DNA of 64,000 nt from Reclinomonas americana ATCC 50394 (lineage: Eukaryota), in assembly GCA_048213135.1 (NCBI GenBank), contig PS015118.1:90371-154370 (forward strand). The letters are read 5' to 3'. A model generated the notes under the pieces. That model worked only from the letters and a program-made list of their open reading frames with translations. It was not told the origin of the DNA and did no database searches. A program made the translations under genes and the position numbers. Below, piece by piece: positions 1 to 23,538 of the stretch. Every line of letters starts with the position of its first letter. Position 1 is the first letter of the stretch.

Positions 1-704
1 CACCCCGGAAGCAAAGGAGCAAGAAAGCGAGAACAAATGAGAGAAAAAAGGAGCGGGAGAGGGAGTGAGTGAAAGCCCTCACAGCTCTATGATGCGCACC
101 ACCCTGGAAGCCAAGGAGCAATAAGACCAGAGCCAATGAGANNNNNNNNNNNNNNNNNNNNGGGAAAAGAGCGGGAGAGAGCAAGTGAGTGAAAGTCTTC
201 ATGCTGAAAACAAAGAAGCAGGTAGCGGCGAGAATGTGAGAGTCAACGAGAGAAAGAGAGCGAGAGAGAGTGAACATCCGCACGGCATCATGCTCCGCAA
301 CGCCCGGAAAGCAAAGGAGCAAGAAAGCAAGAGCCAATGAGAGGGAAAATAGCGGGAGGGAGCGAGTGCGTGAGTGAAAGGTCGCATGGCGAGCGGGAGA
401 GAGATAGAGTGAATGAACGTCTTCACGGCTTCATGCTGCGACAAACCGGATGCAAAGGAGCATACAAACGACCAAGGAAGTCAAAGCCAACAAGACAGGA
501 AAGAGAAAGAGAATGCGAGAAGACCCCAGCGAGAAAGTACAAAGTGTTGCATAAAAGTTGACAAGAGAAGTTATATATCGAATATATTTCAATGCACTCA
601 AGTCCCAATACTCCCCCATCCCCCAATACTCCCCCATCCCCTCCCTCCCCCTCCCTCCCCCTCCTTTCCCCCTCCCGCCCCCACCCCCACCCCCGCACAC
701 TCAC

Positions 705-3520
<2,816 letters not shown>

Positions 3521-4428
3521 TCATGGCCCAGTTCGTGAAACCGATCGCGAATTCGAACTTCGGTTCTGGCAGGGTCCGTGAGGGTTTGCTGACTTTGAGC
3601 ATGTGTAGCGGGTCGACCCTATGACCACTCTATCAGGAATTCAGCACCGATTGGACAAAGAAATCATGGTGAATATCCGTACGCGTATGGAATTGCGTGG
3701 CCTGCGCTCGGGTCCGCAGGCATCAGTGTTGTTGTTGTTAGCTGCGAAATGAGTAGCCGGCGCTTGAGCTCGGCATGTACGAAGGAGCGTTTACTTTTCT
3801 TGCTTGTTTGTTGGTGAATGAATATGTTGTTGTTGTTGTTGTTGTTGTTGCGGCGCAGGCAAACACCGTGCAGTCGCAACCACGTTTCGCTCCGGATGCA
3901 AGAGCAGTACCTAATTGCAACCTAGTCGTTTGTTCGTCTCCGAGAGTGGCTGCTGAATCATCTGCAGTGTCGAATTCGACTTCCTTCTTGCAGCTTCTTC
4001 AGGATGGCATGCTCTGTATTCGGCAGGCACCTCGCCTTCCCTTGAGCTCGACACCGGTATTCACCAATACCGGCGCGTGACAAATCATCTGTCGAACCAA
4101 CCCACTGCTGCACTGCATCTCTTTTCGCGATGAGTGAGCCCGCAGCAGCCGTCGACTACACGCACGCGCTGCACGAGTTCATCGCCGGTGGCATCCGTGC
4201 GACCTTTCCAATACTCTCACGTGTATACATGTAGCTGCCGCTGAAGCATCTGCAGTGTCGAATTCGACTTCCTTCTTGCATCCCCCTCAAGACGGCGTGT
4301 CTTCTGCACCCGACATGCACAATCTCGCCTTCCCTCGAGCTCGACACCGGTATTCACCAATACCGGCGCGTGACAAATCATCTGTCGAACCAACCCGCAG
4401 CGACTGCTGCAGTGCATCTCTTTTCGCG

Positions 4429-10338
<5,910 letters not shown>

Positions 10339-10448
10339 GAAGAAAAAGAAGAGAGTCTGCGTTTTTTTGTTTTGTGTGTGTTCTTTTTCTGTTGTTGGTG
10401 ATCGTCAAGTGAAAATGATCCAATCTAGATGGAAGCTTGCATGTGCAT

Positions 10449-13400
10449 TTACCATCCGCGGCAAATCTCCCACTGCTCCACCACCTCCTCCTCGGCCTCG
10501 GCTTCGGACGAGAGCACGTCATCCACCGTGACCGGTTTGCCCTCCGGAATGTCAAGCACGTGTACCGTGTCGTGCATGGCGGTGGCGGCGCACGCGTGCC
10601 ACGGCAGGAAGCGGAGAATGCTGCCGATGGGGTAGAGCGAGAAGTCGAGCGGGGGTTGACCGGGGGTGGCCTCCACTTCGCCGCACTCTTGCTTGAGGCT
10701 GGTGATGCGGAGTTCGGGGTGGTCGAGGAATTGGCCGAAGCCGTGGTCGCGGCCCTGCGACAAAGGGGGAAAGGGGGTAAGAGGGGAAGGGGGGTGAGGA
10801 AGGGGAGAATGGGGAAGAGGAGGTTATGAAGCAATCTGTAAGAGAAATGTGCCAACGAACAGAATACAAGCACGGCAATGTGTGAGCGAAGGGCTGGGCA
10901 CAGTGCGCGAAATGGTGAATAGATCGGGAAAGCGGAGAGGGCATTCTGCATGGCCGTGAAATCGAAGAGAATGAGACAGAAAAGTTGTGAGGGGAGCACA
11001 ACTCGAGAAGTCAGAGAGCGGTGCAACTGAAGCTTGAATGGACGATGTGAGATGGCATTTGATTCTGCACAAAGCTGTGTGTGCGTGCGTGTGTGTTCGT
11101 GTGTGTGATGTGTGATGTGTGGGAGGGTAAAATTTAGCACCTAGTCACGAGGAGATATTGAATGTGGCAGAATGCAGCACCGAGTGAGCCACTGCAGGTA
11201 AAAGTGGTAGACGGGGAAAAGGAAGAGAATGAGACTACAAGAGGAGGCTGACGCACGTCACAGAGTAGAAGAAACGATATCCTGCACAACCGAAATGCAC
11301 TTCGCCTGCTCAGCAAGGCACAACTGAAGACGAGGAAAATGAGAAGATTCTGGCTTCCCATTCCCTTCCCTTCCCTCACCTGATCCGTGCACCCCCTCCA
11401 CCCCATATCCACCAGCAACATTCCGCGCTTCGGATAGTGTCCGACCACTCGCGTCAACACGCGCACGGCAATGTCGCGCACCCGACACGCACCCAGCGTC
11501 GCCTGCATCATGTCGTAGTAGATGTAATTGCCCGGGTGGATCTCGTCGACGCCGCTCAGGCCGTGTCCGTCGGTGGGCGGCAGCGAGCAGGTGGGCGTCG
11601 AGCCGACCGACACCACCGGCACCGTCAGACCGAGGGCACGCAGACGGGCGGCAAAGCCGGTGACGGCGTCGCGCTCGGCGGCGGCCACCTGCCGGACGGT
11701 CGCAGCGTCGGAGGCGTCGTACGAGTGGCCGCCATGCGTGTACAGGCCGCCCAGCACCGTCACGGTGGGGTCGGCGGCGGCCACGCGTTTGGCGAGTTCG
11801 AGGGAGGTGGGGCACTCGGGGTCGCAGCCGTCGCGGCCTGCGGGGCGTGAGAAGAGTGACAGGGAAGGGGAAAGGGAGGCGCCTACTCACCGTATCCGCA
11901 GTCCACCATGATCCACACCGACCACGGTACTGACGAGGAGGGTGCTCCAAAGGCGACGATCGCGTCCAGCTGCACTTCGTGATCGATGATGACGTGAAAG
12001 TGGCCGGGAAGTGAGAGAGACAGCGCGGCGGCGGAGGGGAGCTTGTCGGGGGTGATGGGTACTGTGGGCGGTGTGAGGAGAGAAAGGGAGAAGGAATGGG
12101 AAGAGAGGGGAGTGAAGGGGCACGGAATGAGAGGAATGGAGGACTTCAAGTCAGAAAAGAACGCAAGCTGATGATTGAAAGACAGAAGAGGGAAGAAGAA
12201 GAGATCAGCAACAACGGGAAGAAGAGAAGAAGGCAGAGAGACAGACCGCACAACGACAGCAGTCAACCTGAGTGCAAGGAGTGCAAACGAAAACGAAAAG
12301 AAGAGTGCGTGAGAGTGCGGAACCCCGTCTGTGTGACGGACAGGGAAGGAGAGCAGCAACAAGAGCGAGAGAGAAAGCAGCACAACGGGAAGAGGAGAAG
12401 AAGGCAGGAGCCAGAGACTGCAGTCAACCAAAGTGCAAGCTAATGGAAAGAGAAGGGAAGGAGAGAGTGCGGAACCCCGTCTGTGTGAGGGACAAGGAAG
12501 GAGAGAGAGGTTGAACATTAAGACGACGAGAGACAGCCTCAAGGCGGCGAAGAAGAGAAGAAGACACGATGATAGGAGAAAACCAGAGAAAGAGAGAGGC
12601 TGAACGTAAAGAAGACGAGAGACAGCCTCAAGGCGGAGGAGAAGAGAAGAAGACATGATGATAGGAGAAAACCAGAGAAGGAGAGAGGCTGAACATAAAA
12701 AAGAGGAGACACAGCCTCAAGGCGGTGGAGTAGAGAAGAAGACATGATGACAGGAGCGAACCCTGCATTTGGAGATGAGACAGAGAGAAGAGTGCACGCA
12801 TATGCATTACCAGGAACGAGTGCAATCAGAAGAAAGGAAGGAGAGAGGAGAGAGAGAGAGGTAAGGAGAAGACTGCAGCAGGACACAGTCAGAAATGCAA
12901 GCAAGACAGAGAAGAAGGAAGGAGACAAAGAAGACCGGTAAATGGCAGCAAAGTATGCATTCAGAAGACAGGAGAGTGTGCATTGGAAGACAGGAGAGAG
13001 AGAGAAAAAGCACGAGGCCAAGAGAAAGACTGAGGCAGCAGAATGCAATCGAGGATGCAATCTCGACAGCGAAGAAGAAGTGCGAGCAAGAGCGCATTCT
13101 GCAATCATCTCTCTCTCTCGCTCTCCTCTCTCTCTCTNNNNNNNNNNNNNNNNNNNNNNNNNNNNNNNNNNNNNNNNNNNNNNNNNNNNNNNNNNNNNNN
13201 NNNNNNNNNNNNNNNNNNNNNNNNNNNNNNNNNNNNNNNNNNNNNNNNNNNNNNNNNNNNNNNNNNNNNNNNNNNNNNNNNNNNNNNNNNNNNNNNNNNN
13301 NNNNNNNNNNNNNNNNNNNNNNNNNNNNNNNNNNNNNNNNNNNNNNNNNNNNNNNNNNNNNNNNNNNNNNNNNNNNNNNNNNNNNNNNNNNNNNNNNNNN

Positions 13401-13687
13401 NNNNNNNNNNNNNNNNNNNNNNNNNNNNNNNNNNNNNNNNNNNNNNNNNNNNNNNNNNNNNNNNNNNNNNNNNNNNNNNNNNNNNNNNNNNNNNNNNNNN
13501 NNNNNNNNNNNNNNNNNNNNNNNNNNNNNNNNNNNNNNNNNNNNNNNNNNNNNNNNNNNNNNNNNNNNNNNNNNNNNNNNACGTAACGTAACGTACGGTA
13601 CGAGTAGTACGTACTACTACGTACGTACGACGACGAAGAAGAAGGTACGACGACGACGAACGACGACGGTACTTCTCGCTACTACTA

Positions 13688-13769
<82 letters not shown>

Positions 13770-14071
13770 CTCTCTCCTCCCTGCATGCACATACCTGCGT
13801 ACAAAATATCGCGCATTCCTCTCTGCGCAAAGAACTGCGCCTCGGCCAACGTCGACACCACAATCGCTCCTTCTCCTTCGCCTTCACCTTCTCCCTCGCC
13901 TCCATGCAACTGCAACAACGCGCCCTTCCACGTCTTGTGCGTCTTCACATGCGGACGCACACGACACCCGTGCTCGCGCGCCACGCGCAGCATCCGCTCG
14001 GCGTTTTGTTGCGCCACTCGGCGACGCATGACGAGGCACGGGGTGCGGAGGTCGTCCACGCGCGAGGTCAT
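10449..14071 (-). CDS. D-serine dehydratase / D-threonine aldolase family enzyme (fold-type III PLP, metal-dependent), 403 aa
   Basis: Four phase-consistent exons 14071-13795, 12061-11891, 11837-11380, 10754-10449 (1212 nt). Motifs LRTPCL, RPHVKTHK (PLP Lys), VSTLAEA, MVDCGYGRDG, LYTHGGHSY, VGSTPT, EIHPGNY, PWHAC (His/Cys metal ligands) and C-terminal RGW*. Confidence 0.93.
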
Positions 14072-15012
14072 TCTTTTTGATTGAGAATCAATGCAATGCA
14101 ATGCAATGTGTCCTGCTGTCCTCTGTTGGGTGTTGGCTGTAACTCTGCGCTGGCCGGCTGCTGCTTGATTGTGGTACTTGCAATGCGTTACTCTCTTTGT
14201 GTTCTTGTAGATGCCTTGAAAAGAACGAACGAAGCAGACGAACGATTTCTGTCGTGCCAACAAACAGGCAGCCGCTGTCTTGATGATCAAATCCAACCAT
14301 ATCCAAAGCATCAACAAAAACACGAGTCTTAAGGGCTGCCGCAGGTTTAATTCTTTTATGTGCGTTCGCGTTCATGATCGTAGAATCGAACAACTAGAGA
14401 ATTTCGATCTTCTGCATCGTAAATTGTTGTACGTGTTGACAGTAACCCTGGCAATACGAACTACAGTGCCAATTCTACTCCTCGTCTACGTTTTCAAAGA
14501 GACCCGACCCAAGATCGCCACACGAGTCGCGACCTCCGAAGAGAGGAAGCCACCAGAAGCAAAACCGATAAGGCGAGGACACAGTCGTGAGAGCGTCCTC
14601 GACTTTGTGCTCGCTACTCTCCTCTCTTCCATCTTTGCCGGCTGTCAAGGCCAAGCAGGGGTCGTGGAGTGCTGTCTACGACGTCCAATATCAAGTCGTA
14701 CAAATCAAGAAACCATAACGGCGCGCAAACCTGCACGCTCGCACGCAATGCCGAATACTCGGTCTACTGATAACGAAACGCATGTCTGCATGCAGGTGCC
14801 TGTGATGGCCATGGATGCGCACCTTATGATTTTTATGTTTTGCTGATATCGACGTTGGTGCGCAAGCGCGCACGCACGCTCTGCTCAGCGAGTGCATACT
14901 AGAACAGGCTGCCACTGCCCTCCTTTAACACTCATGCGCGTCCGAAAACACGACCGTGCTCGTGAGACAATAGAAAAATTGTGCTCGCCTCACACATTCG
15001 CATTTCCCCCGC

Positions 15013-15744
15013 ATGTTTTTGCGCGCGCCCGCACCCGCTGCGGTGTGCGCATTATCAGCAGCAGTGCTCTGTGCACTCTTGCTATGTGTGCATCTCACCG
15101 CGCGTGGCGCAGAAGGAGGTGTGAATTCGCTCTCTCTCTCTCTCTGTGCGAGACATTGTGTGTCCGCCACTTGCGCAGCTGCTGTATCAATCGTGCTCAC
15201 TCTTACTCTCTCTCGCACACACACACACACACACTCTCACACACACACTCACACTCTTTTACTCTCGCACTCACACACTTTCACTCTCGCACTCACACAA
15301 ATGCGCATTGTAAGACACACACACTCTCTCTCCCTCCCCCCTCCTCTCTCCCTCTCTCCCTCCCTCCCTCTCTCTCTCTCTTTTCTCTCTCTGTGCTCTC
15401 TGCCTCTGTGCTCCTCCGCTCTCCTTGTCTGTCACCCCAGTCACTNNNNNNNNNNNNNNNNNNNNNNNNNNNNNNNNNNNNNNNNNNNNNNNNNNNNNNN
15501 NNNNNNNNNNNNNNNNNNNNNNNNNNNNNNNNNNNNNNNNNNNNNNNNNNNNNNNNNNNNNNNNNNNNNNNNNNNNNNNNNNNNNNNNNNNNNNNNNNNN
15601 NNNNNNNNNNNNNNNNNNNNNNNNNNNNNNNNNNNNNNNNNNNNCTCCTCCGTCCTCTCCTTCTCTGTCACCCACGTCTACTGTATTATTGTTCGGTTTC
15701 GTTCGTTCTTCTCTCTACTTCTACCCTCCTTCGTCTCTTTCGTC

Positions 15745-15787
<43 letters not shown>

Positions 15788-17956
15788 GTGCTCTCCTTCT
15801 CTTGCAATTTGCACCACAAATGCCCGCGCGCGTGTCACGGTCGCTGGTTTCCTCTCACCGCTGTCCGCTCGCTCTCTTTCTCTCTCTTGGCACAGCGCAA
15901 GTGTCGACTCGCCGCCGCGGCCAATTCACCACTCTCAGTTGCGCGCGCGCCAGCAGCACCCCAAGAACAACTCATTGTCATTCTCATTTCCTTTGCCTTT
16001 TCCTTGTAAGATGTGCCGATTGTGTCTGGCGACCAGTACGGCTCGGTGACGTCAACGAGCGCCGTGCTCTCCGGCACCGTCAATGCCAACGGGGCGGGTA
16101 CGGTCGATAACACGTTTGAGATTGCCACCTCGGCTGCGCAACTGGGCGCCACTGTCAATGTGTCGACGTTGGCCGGCTTGACCTCGTTGAGTGCGGGTTC
16201 GGCGGATGGAACTGGATCGGCGGCTGCGTTCTCCCACCCGCAAGTGCGTTGGTGTGAGGGGGAGAAGAGAGGAGGCGAAGAGTTGATGCGTCCTCATGTC
16301 CTTTGTTCAGTGCACGGTGGTCACCGCCGCTGGGGACATAATTCTGGCCGACCAAGAGTTGCGTGCGTGTTGCATCTCTTTGGAGACTCACTCTCTCGTC
16401 TCTCGTCTCTCGTCTCCCGTCTCCCGTCTCTCGTCTCCGTCTCTCGTCTCCCGTCTCCCGTCTCCCGTCTCTCGTCTCTCGTCTCTCGTCTCTCGTCTCT
16501 CGTCTCTCGTCTCTCGTCTCTNNNNNNNNNNNNNNNNNNNNNNNNNNNNNNNNNNNNNNNNNNNNNNNNNNNNNNNNCGTCTCCCGTCTCCCGTCTCCGT
16601 CTCTCGTCTCCCGTCTCCCGTCTCCCGTCTCCCGTCTCCCCTCTCTCGTCTCCCCTCTCTCGTCTCCCGTCTCTCGTCTCTCGTCTCTCGTCTCTCGTCT
16701 CCCGTCTCTCGTCTCTCGTCTCTCGTCTCCTGTCTCCCGTCTCTCGTCTCCCTTCACTTTCCCCTTCGCTCTGCCCCCTTCTCCATCCCTCCTGTTCCTT
16801 CCCCCTTCTCCTTCCCCCTTCTCCTTCCCCCCTCTCCTTCTCCTTCCCCTCACCCTCCTGCGCAGCAACAACACCATCCGCAAAATCACCACTGCCGGCG
16901 TCGTCAGCACAATCGCTGGTGTGGCTGGCACGTTTGGCACTGCCGATGGAGCGGCCTTGTCGACTGCGCGTTTCTCCAAGTCCCGTCTCCTTGTTATCTG
17001 CGACTACACTCCCCAAAACTTTCCATTCACCCTCGACGTCTGCAGACCGTACGGATTGGCGATTGATTATGCCACGGGCATCATTTACATCACCGATGTT
17101 GCGTGCTCTTGTTGCCCGCTGCCTGCGCGCCGCGAGGCACGAGTCTCACGTCGAAGGACATGCATGTACAGCGCGGCAACAACTCCATTCGCTCGCTGTC
17201 GGCCGACCGTACCACCGTTTCCACGGTCGCGGGCGTGACCACTCCCGGCAGCACCGATGGTACAGGGACTGGGGCTTCGTTTAATGATCCGCGGGGCATC
17301 GGCTTCTGCAACACCCTCGGCCTGGAGGCACTCTTCGTCGCTGATACGCAGGCTAATATTATCCGGCGTGTGTCGCTGGCAGGGGTTGTGACGACCGTGG
17401 CCGGTGCCGCCGGCCAATCTGGTTCGACAGACGACGTGGGTCCGAGGGCCCGGTTTTCGTTACCCGACGGGCTGGCTGTGGACTCCAAACGCGGCCTTGT
17501 GTACGTGGTCGACCGCGGCAACCACATTATTCGCACCATCGACATTGTCACGTTGACAGTCGCGACATTTGCGGGTCACGCTGGTGCCTCCGGGTCCTCC
17601 AATGGTGTCGGCACTGCAGCATACTTCTCTGGTCCAGTCGGAATCGCGGTGGATCAGGTGACCGGCATGATCTATGTGGCGGATGTTGCGTGGGGGGCAT
17701 TATGAGAGGGAAGAGGGTGTGCTGGAGGGATTGCCCTTTGCTCTCACAATCCGTATCGCTCATACTGCGACTCTTGTGTTGATGCTGATTGTCATACATC
17801 GCTGGTCTATACTCATTTTGCCACCATTCTCATTCNNNNNNNNNNNNNNNNNNNNNNNNNNNNNNNNNNNNNNNNNNNNNNNNNNNNNNNNNNNNNNNNN
17901 NNNNNNNNNNNNNNNNNNNNNNNNNNNNNNNNNNNNNNNNNNNNNCCACCACTCTC

Positions 17957-18003
<47 letters not shown>

Positions 18004-19378
18004 CTTTTCTCTTCATTTCTCTTCTCTGTCTGCTCTCGCTCTTGTCTCACACTCTCGCCATTTTTCGTCCTCTCTCGTCTCTCTCCACTCTCTCCCCCCT
18101 CTCTATCTCTCTCGTTTATCTCATTCTCTCCCTCTCGGTCTCACTGTTCTCTCCTTCTCTCCTCTCTCTCTCCCCTCTCTCTCTTCCCCTCCCCTCACTC
18201 TCTCAATTCTCCCTTTCCTTTGATCCACCTCTCGTCCCACTTCTTGCCTTTCTCATTCTCTTTCGTGCCGATTGTTTCCATTCACCCTCGTTGTTGTTGT
18301 ACATCTATGCGCTTGTTTGTTTCAATAATTGTCCTGTTTCCTTCCCTCACGCTTTGTTCTCACACACAGAACGTGAATCTTACCATCCGTCAAATCACAC
18401 CCGCTGGCGTGGTAAGCTCTGTTGCAGGCAATGTCGGTGCAGCGGGCTCGGCGGACGGTGACAGCACTACCGCTCGCTTCTCCAGCGTCGTACGTATCCC
18501 ACTTCGCGTCGTTTTCATTGTTGTGTATTCTTCTCATTTTGGTCGTCGTCACGTGCAGCAATCGGTAGCTGTGGACGTGATATCTGGCGGTCTGATCGTA
18601 ACCGGTACACTCGCGACTACGCGTGCAACTCATTCTCAATGTCATTTGTTTGTTAACACCATTCTCTCTCTATCCGTCTGGCTATGATTCATAGATGCTG
18701 CAATTCATAACGTTCGCCGTATCACCATCCCGGCGCCAGCCATTACCGCCACACCGGCGACATCTTCTGGAAGTTCCGATGTGTCGATTTCTACGGTCGT
18801 CACCAACCTGTTGCCCGGCGTGTCCTACTTCTTTCGAGCCGCCGCGGCTGGCCAGTATGGCAGTACCGTGCAGTTTACAGCCAGCGCTGGTGAGTGCTTG
18901 TGCGATGCAGTGCAGAGTCCTCTTGGGTTGCCTCATCAATTTGCACGCACCGCTTCCGAACTCAGCGCCAACTGTCACCTCGGCATCGGCCACAAGCGTT
19001 CTGTCCACCACGGCCACGCTCCCCGCCACTGTGAACCCAAATGACGTCGGTGTCACCACCAACAATGCGTTCGAGCTGGCATTCTCGCAAGACGCCTTCG
19101 GATCTGCATTGAGTGTGTCGACTTTGGCTGGCACAGCTGGCATGAGTGGTAGCACGGATGGCTCGGGTGGTGCGGCGCGATTCAGCTCGCCGACGGTTTG
19201 ATTTCTCCTATGTTTGTTTGTGCTGTGCGTGCGATTGTTGTCAACCTCGCTCATCGTGTTCCTTTATACAGAATTTGTGCATCGATGCATCGTTCAACGT
19301 GTACGTGGCAACGTTGCGTGCACCACCACTGCGTTGCCGTTTGCATTCGGTGTGTAGAAGTCTCACAGTGTATCATCG

Positions 19379-19436
<58 letters not shown>

Positions 19437-22067
19437 GTGTTGATCAGCGGTGGACACACGATCCGCAAGATCAATACGTCGGGTGCGGTGAGCACGCTTG
19501 TCGGACAGGCTGGTACTTCTGGATACACTGACGGTGCGGTGTCGTCGGCTTTGTTGAACAAGTTGCGCCAGTGGAGCTGATGTGAGCTGGTGGCGGTGTG
19601 CTTGTGCGCAAGTAATCTCACTTGAGTTCTCTTCTTCCGGCAGTCCATACGGCATCGACATCAATCTGACAACGGGCGATCTGTTCTTTAGCGAGGTGCG
19701 TTGACAGGAGAGGATGAACAGAGAGAAAGAGAGAGAAGTAATGCGGTTGTGGTGATATCCCCGTGTTCTGTGACATGCGTGTGTGATATGAGAGAGAGAG
19801 AGAGCGTGTGATGGCAATGATCTAAACTGGCGTCTGTATGTGTATGGTATGCAGGACTCGAATAATGTGCTTCGCAATGTGTCAGGCAGCACAGTGTCGA
19901 CCGTGGCTGGCAACGGCAGTGCTGGTGCTGTGAATGGTATTGGTAGCGCCGTACGGTTCAATGGACCACGCGGTCTGGCGGTGGACAGCGCAGCGGAGTG
20001 TGTGTACGTTGCCGAATATCAGAATCACAGCGTGCGGTGAGTTGCACTTGCATGTGAGCTTTGTTGCTTGATGAAGCAGGATGACTCACCCGACCCGTGT
20101 ATGCGCACAGACGTGTGTCATTCAGCGGTATCGCGACAACTGTGGCCGGTACACTCGGGACGGCTGGATTGATTGATGGAGTCGGGTCAGCAGCAAGGTT
20201 CAACTTCCCGACCGATGTGGCGCTGGATGGGCGCGGCTCGCTGTATGTGGCGGATGCGAGCAACTTTGCGGTGCGCAAGATTGTGCTGGCGACGTCAACG
20301 GTGACGACTCTGGCGGGCGAGCTTGGTGTTACTGGCACGAGTGACGGTACGGGAGTGAGTGCGCATTTCAATCGACCGTTTGGTGTGGGTGTGGATCCGG
20401 TGGCGAATGTGATTTATGTTGCTGATGTTGCGTGTGTGTCTGCGAAAAGCTGAACTGAGGGGACTGCTGTTGTTCTCCACTCACCCACTGTGTTCTTGAT
20501 CCCCTTCTATTTCTTGCTGTTTCTTGTGCAGGGAGAACACATTCGACAAGTAAGTGCGGCAGGTGCGGTGACGACGATCGCTGGTGTTGCGGGGAGCAGT
20601 GGGTCGGCGGATGGACTTGCGGTTATTGCTCGATTCAACCATCCGGTGTGTGTGGTGTTGATGTGTCTGTTCCCTCGCATAGTAGCAGGCCTAGGCTCGC
20701 TCATATTGCTGGATGGTTGTGCAGCAAGGGGTTGTTGTTGATCGATTCCGTGGCGGGCTGTTTGTTGCAGGTGCGCGTGCGAGAGAGAGAGAGAGAAGTC
20801 TCAACACCCTCTGGTATCTCAACTCACGTTTTTTTGATTTGTGTGCGTTTCCCATCTTGCGTGTGTGCACAGACACGGGGAACAACACGATTCGGAAAGT
20901 TGTTGTTCCACCTGCGTCGATCACGGGATCACCGGCGACGGCGACGGGAACCATGGCAGTCAACGTGTCCTTGTCACTGACGAATCTGATGCCGTCGATC
21001 ACGTACTTTTTCCGATTTGCGGACAGTGTGACGCTGCAACGGAGTGGATTGCGTGCGTTCCAGACATCTCCCGGTTTGTGTACGATAGGTGTTGTGTGTG
21101 CATGGGTTTCTTGCCTTTCACCACCCCTGAGTGCATGGTTCCTATTGATGCAGCCCCTCAAGCCACTAGCCTGGCGGCCGGCAGCATCGCTGCCTCCTCG
21201 GCCGCCCTCCACGCCACCGTGAATGCCAACAACACGGGGCTGATGATGGGCGTCTCGTTTGACATGCTGCCGTCGGTGTCACTCGTTGCCGGTACTACGG
21301 GTTCTGCCGGCTGGATTGACGGTGCTGGCTCCACCGCCCAACTGAATGTTCCGAGGGTCAGTTGACTCCACTTTTAGATAGCAAACGCACGATCTCTCTC
21401 TCTCTCNNNNNNNNNNNNNNNNNNNNTCTCTCTCTGTGCCCACATTCATTTACGTACTCAGTGAGCATGTGTGTTAGAGGAATGAAAGAGAGACAGACAG
21501 AGAGAGAGAGAGAGAGAGCAGAAAGATGCGTGACATAACACAAGCAAGAAGATCATCTTGGATGTCTTTCTGTTCTCGGTTCCGATGTCGCTGGCTCACT
21601 TTCGTCGTGCACAGCGGGGCTGTGTGGACAACAATGGCAACTATGTTTTTGCTGACTCTCAGTTGCGTTGACTCTGCGCACTGTGCATTCCGAGACGGTT
21701 GGTTCTCATGTCATGTGTTTTGCACAGAAATAATGTGATTCGCATGTTGCTTCCAAGTGGCTTTGTGACAACTATTGCTGGAAAACCACAAGTTGTTGGG
21801 TTTACCAACGGAGCTGCAAGGGCCGCCACATTCTCGTCGTGCGTTTCCATGTCACGTTCGGCCTTCTGTAAGCAATCGACACACTCATTATCCTGGTTGT
21901 TTTTCGGATTTCTCTCTTTATGATACTCAGGCCAACAAGTGTGAAGATTGCGCCTGCAAGCGGCGACTTGTATGTGACAGAGGTACGTAACACTTTTCCC
22001 TGGACTTTTATCCGTGTTCACGCTCTGTTCATTCAGTTGGAGTTCGTGCGCACCCGTCCGTCATTTT

Positions 22068-22104
<37 letters not shown>

Positions 22105-23475
22105 GTCTCCCTCTCCCTGCCCCATTATTGTTTCTCTGTGCCCCAGCCGGTGCACCCTTACTCATTCCTCGTCGCACAGAACGGAAACCACGCGGTGCGC
22201 AAGATCTCGAAGGGAACTGTGTCGCTCCTTGCGGGCTCTGGCTCTATTGGAGTCACCGACGACACAGGATCTGCTGCGTCGTTCAACGCGCCGCGAGACC
22301 TTGCTGTTGACGACGCTGCGTCCGGCAAGGTGTATGTGGCCGACGCCAACAATCACACTCTTCGGTACGTCCACGTATGTGTAATTCTCCGATGGCGAAG
22401 CTGCGCCACTGATTTGCTGTCGATAATTTAAAAGCTTGGTCACATTTGGCGGAGTGACGACCACGCTGGCAGGTGCAGCAGGGATGGCTGGATCGCAGGA
22501 CGGAGTCGGCACTGCGGCTCGGTTCAAAGTACCAAACGGCTTGGTACTCGACCGCACACGCAACGTGCTGTACGTTGTTGAACAAGGCAACTGCACTTTA
22601 CGCAAGATCGACTTGTCGTCCACTTCGGTTACGCTGCTGGCGGGCACTGCCTTGACATGCGCGTTTGCGGATGGTACGGGTAGTGCTGCGCTGTTCAATC
22701 AGCCGGTCGCACTGGCATTAGATACTGTGGGAAATGTGTTGTATGTTGCCGATGTTGCGTATTATGCAAGAGGTGCTCCACCTTTCACTGTTTTTTTGAT
22801 TCCTCACTCGTGAACCATCGCAGTCGAGCAATTTTGTTATCCGACGTGTCACCAGCACCGGCGACGTGACAACTATTGCTGGGACGGCTACGGTGACAGG
22901 CACCGTCGACGGAAGCGGACCGGCAGCTGTATTATCTACCTTGGTAAGTTGTTCTGCTCGTGTACATGGAAGTGAGTGTGTGGTTGCCCATCGATTCTTC
23001 TGTGGGCTTTATCTGTGTGCATTCGCGTCGTACTGAGTCGTGGCATTGTAGGGCGATGTATCGTGGAGTGCGAGCCGTGGGGCGTTGTTTGTGACCGGTT
23101 TGCGTTGCCTCATTGCCACACCACTCCTGCCTTCAACTTCTCACATTGTGTGTTTCCACGTTGTGTGAACTCAGAGTATCTTACGCACACTCTGCGTCGC
23201 ATCGAAATACCGTCGACACCAGTCACCGCCACTCCGGCGTCTGCCACGGGCACCAGCAGTGTCTCGGTCACCGCCACTGTGAGCCGCTTATCACCCCTGA
23301 CTGCTTATTATTTTCGAGTGCGGACGGACAGCGGGCAAACTGGCTCTACCCTTTCATTTACCACAATTGGTTTGGATTGTAGCTTCGCGAAAAGGTGGTG
23401 CTGGTTGCTAGCCAAGCTGATATTGCATCTTCCTTTCCTTGCTCTCTCTCTCTCNNNNNNNNNNNNNNNNNNNNC

Positions 23476-23538
<63 letters not shown>

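Noticed and set aside
1-400. Degenerate direct repeats (ccggaagcaaaggagcaagaaagc...) as transposon ends
   Set aside because: No terminal inverted repeats, target-site duplication or transposase coding seen; consistent with local intronic duplications.
13581-13690. ACGT/TAC/GAC-rich patterned stretch
   Set aside because: It sits at a contig end and resembles low-quality flow-sequencing noise; likely an artefact.
17685-17692. Reading GATGTT|GCGT junctions as GC-AG introns
   Set aside because: GT at the first position gives the expected NHL spacing, and the same GTTGCGT heptamer appears in phases 0, 1 and 2 and in unrelated genes, so the GTT belongs to the intron.
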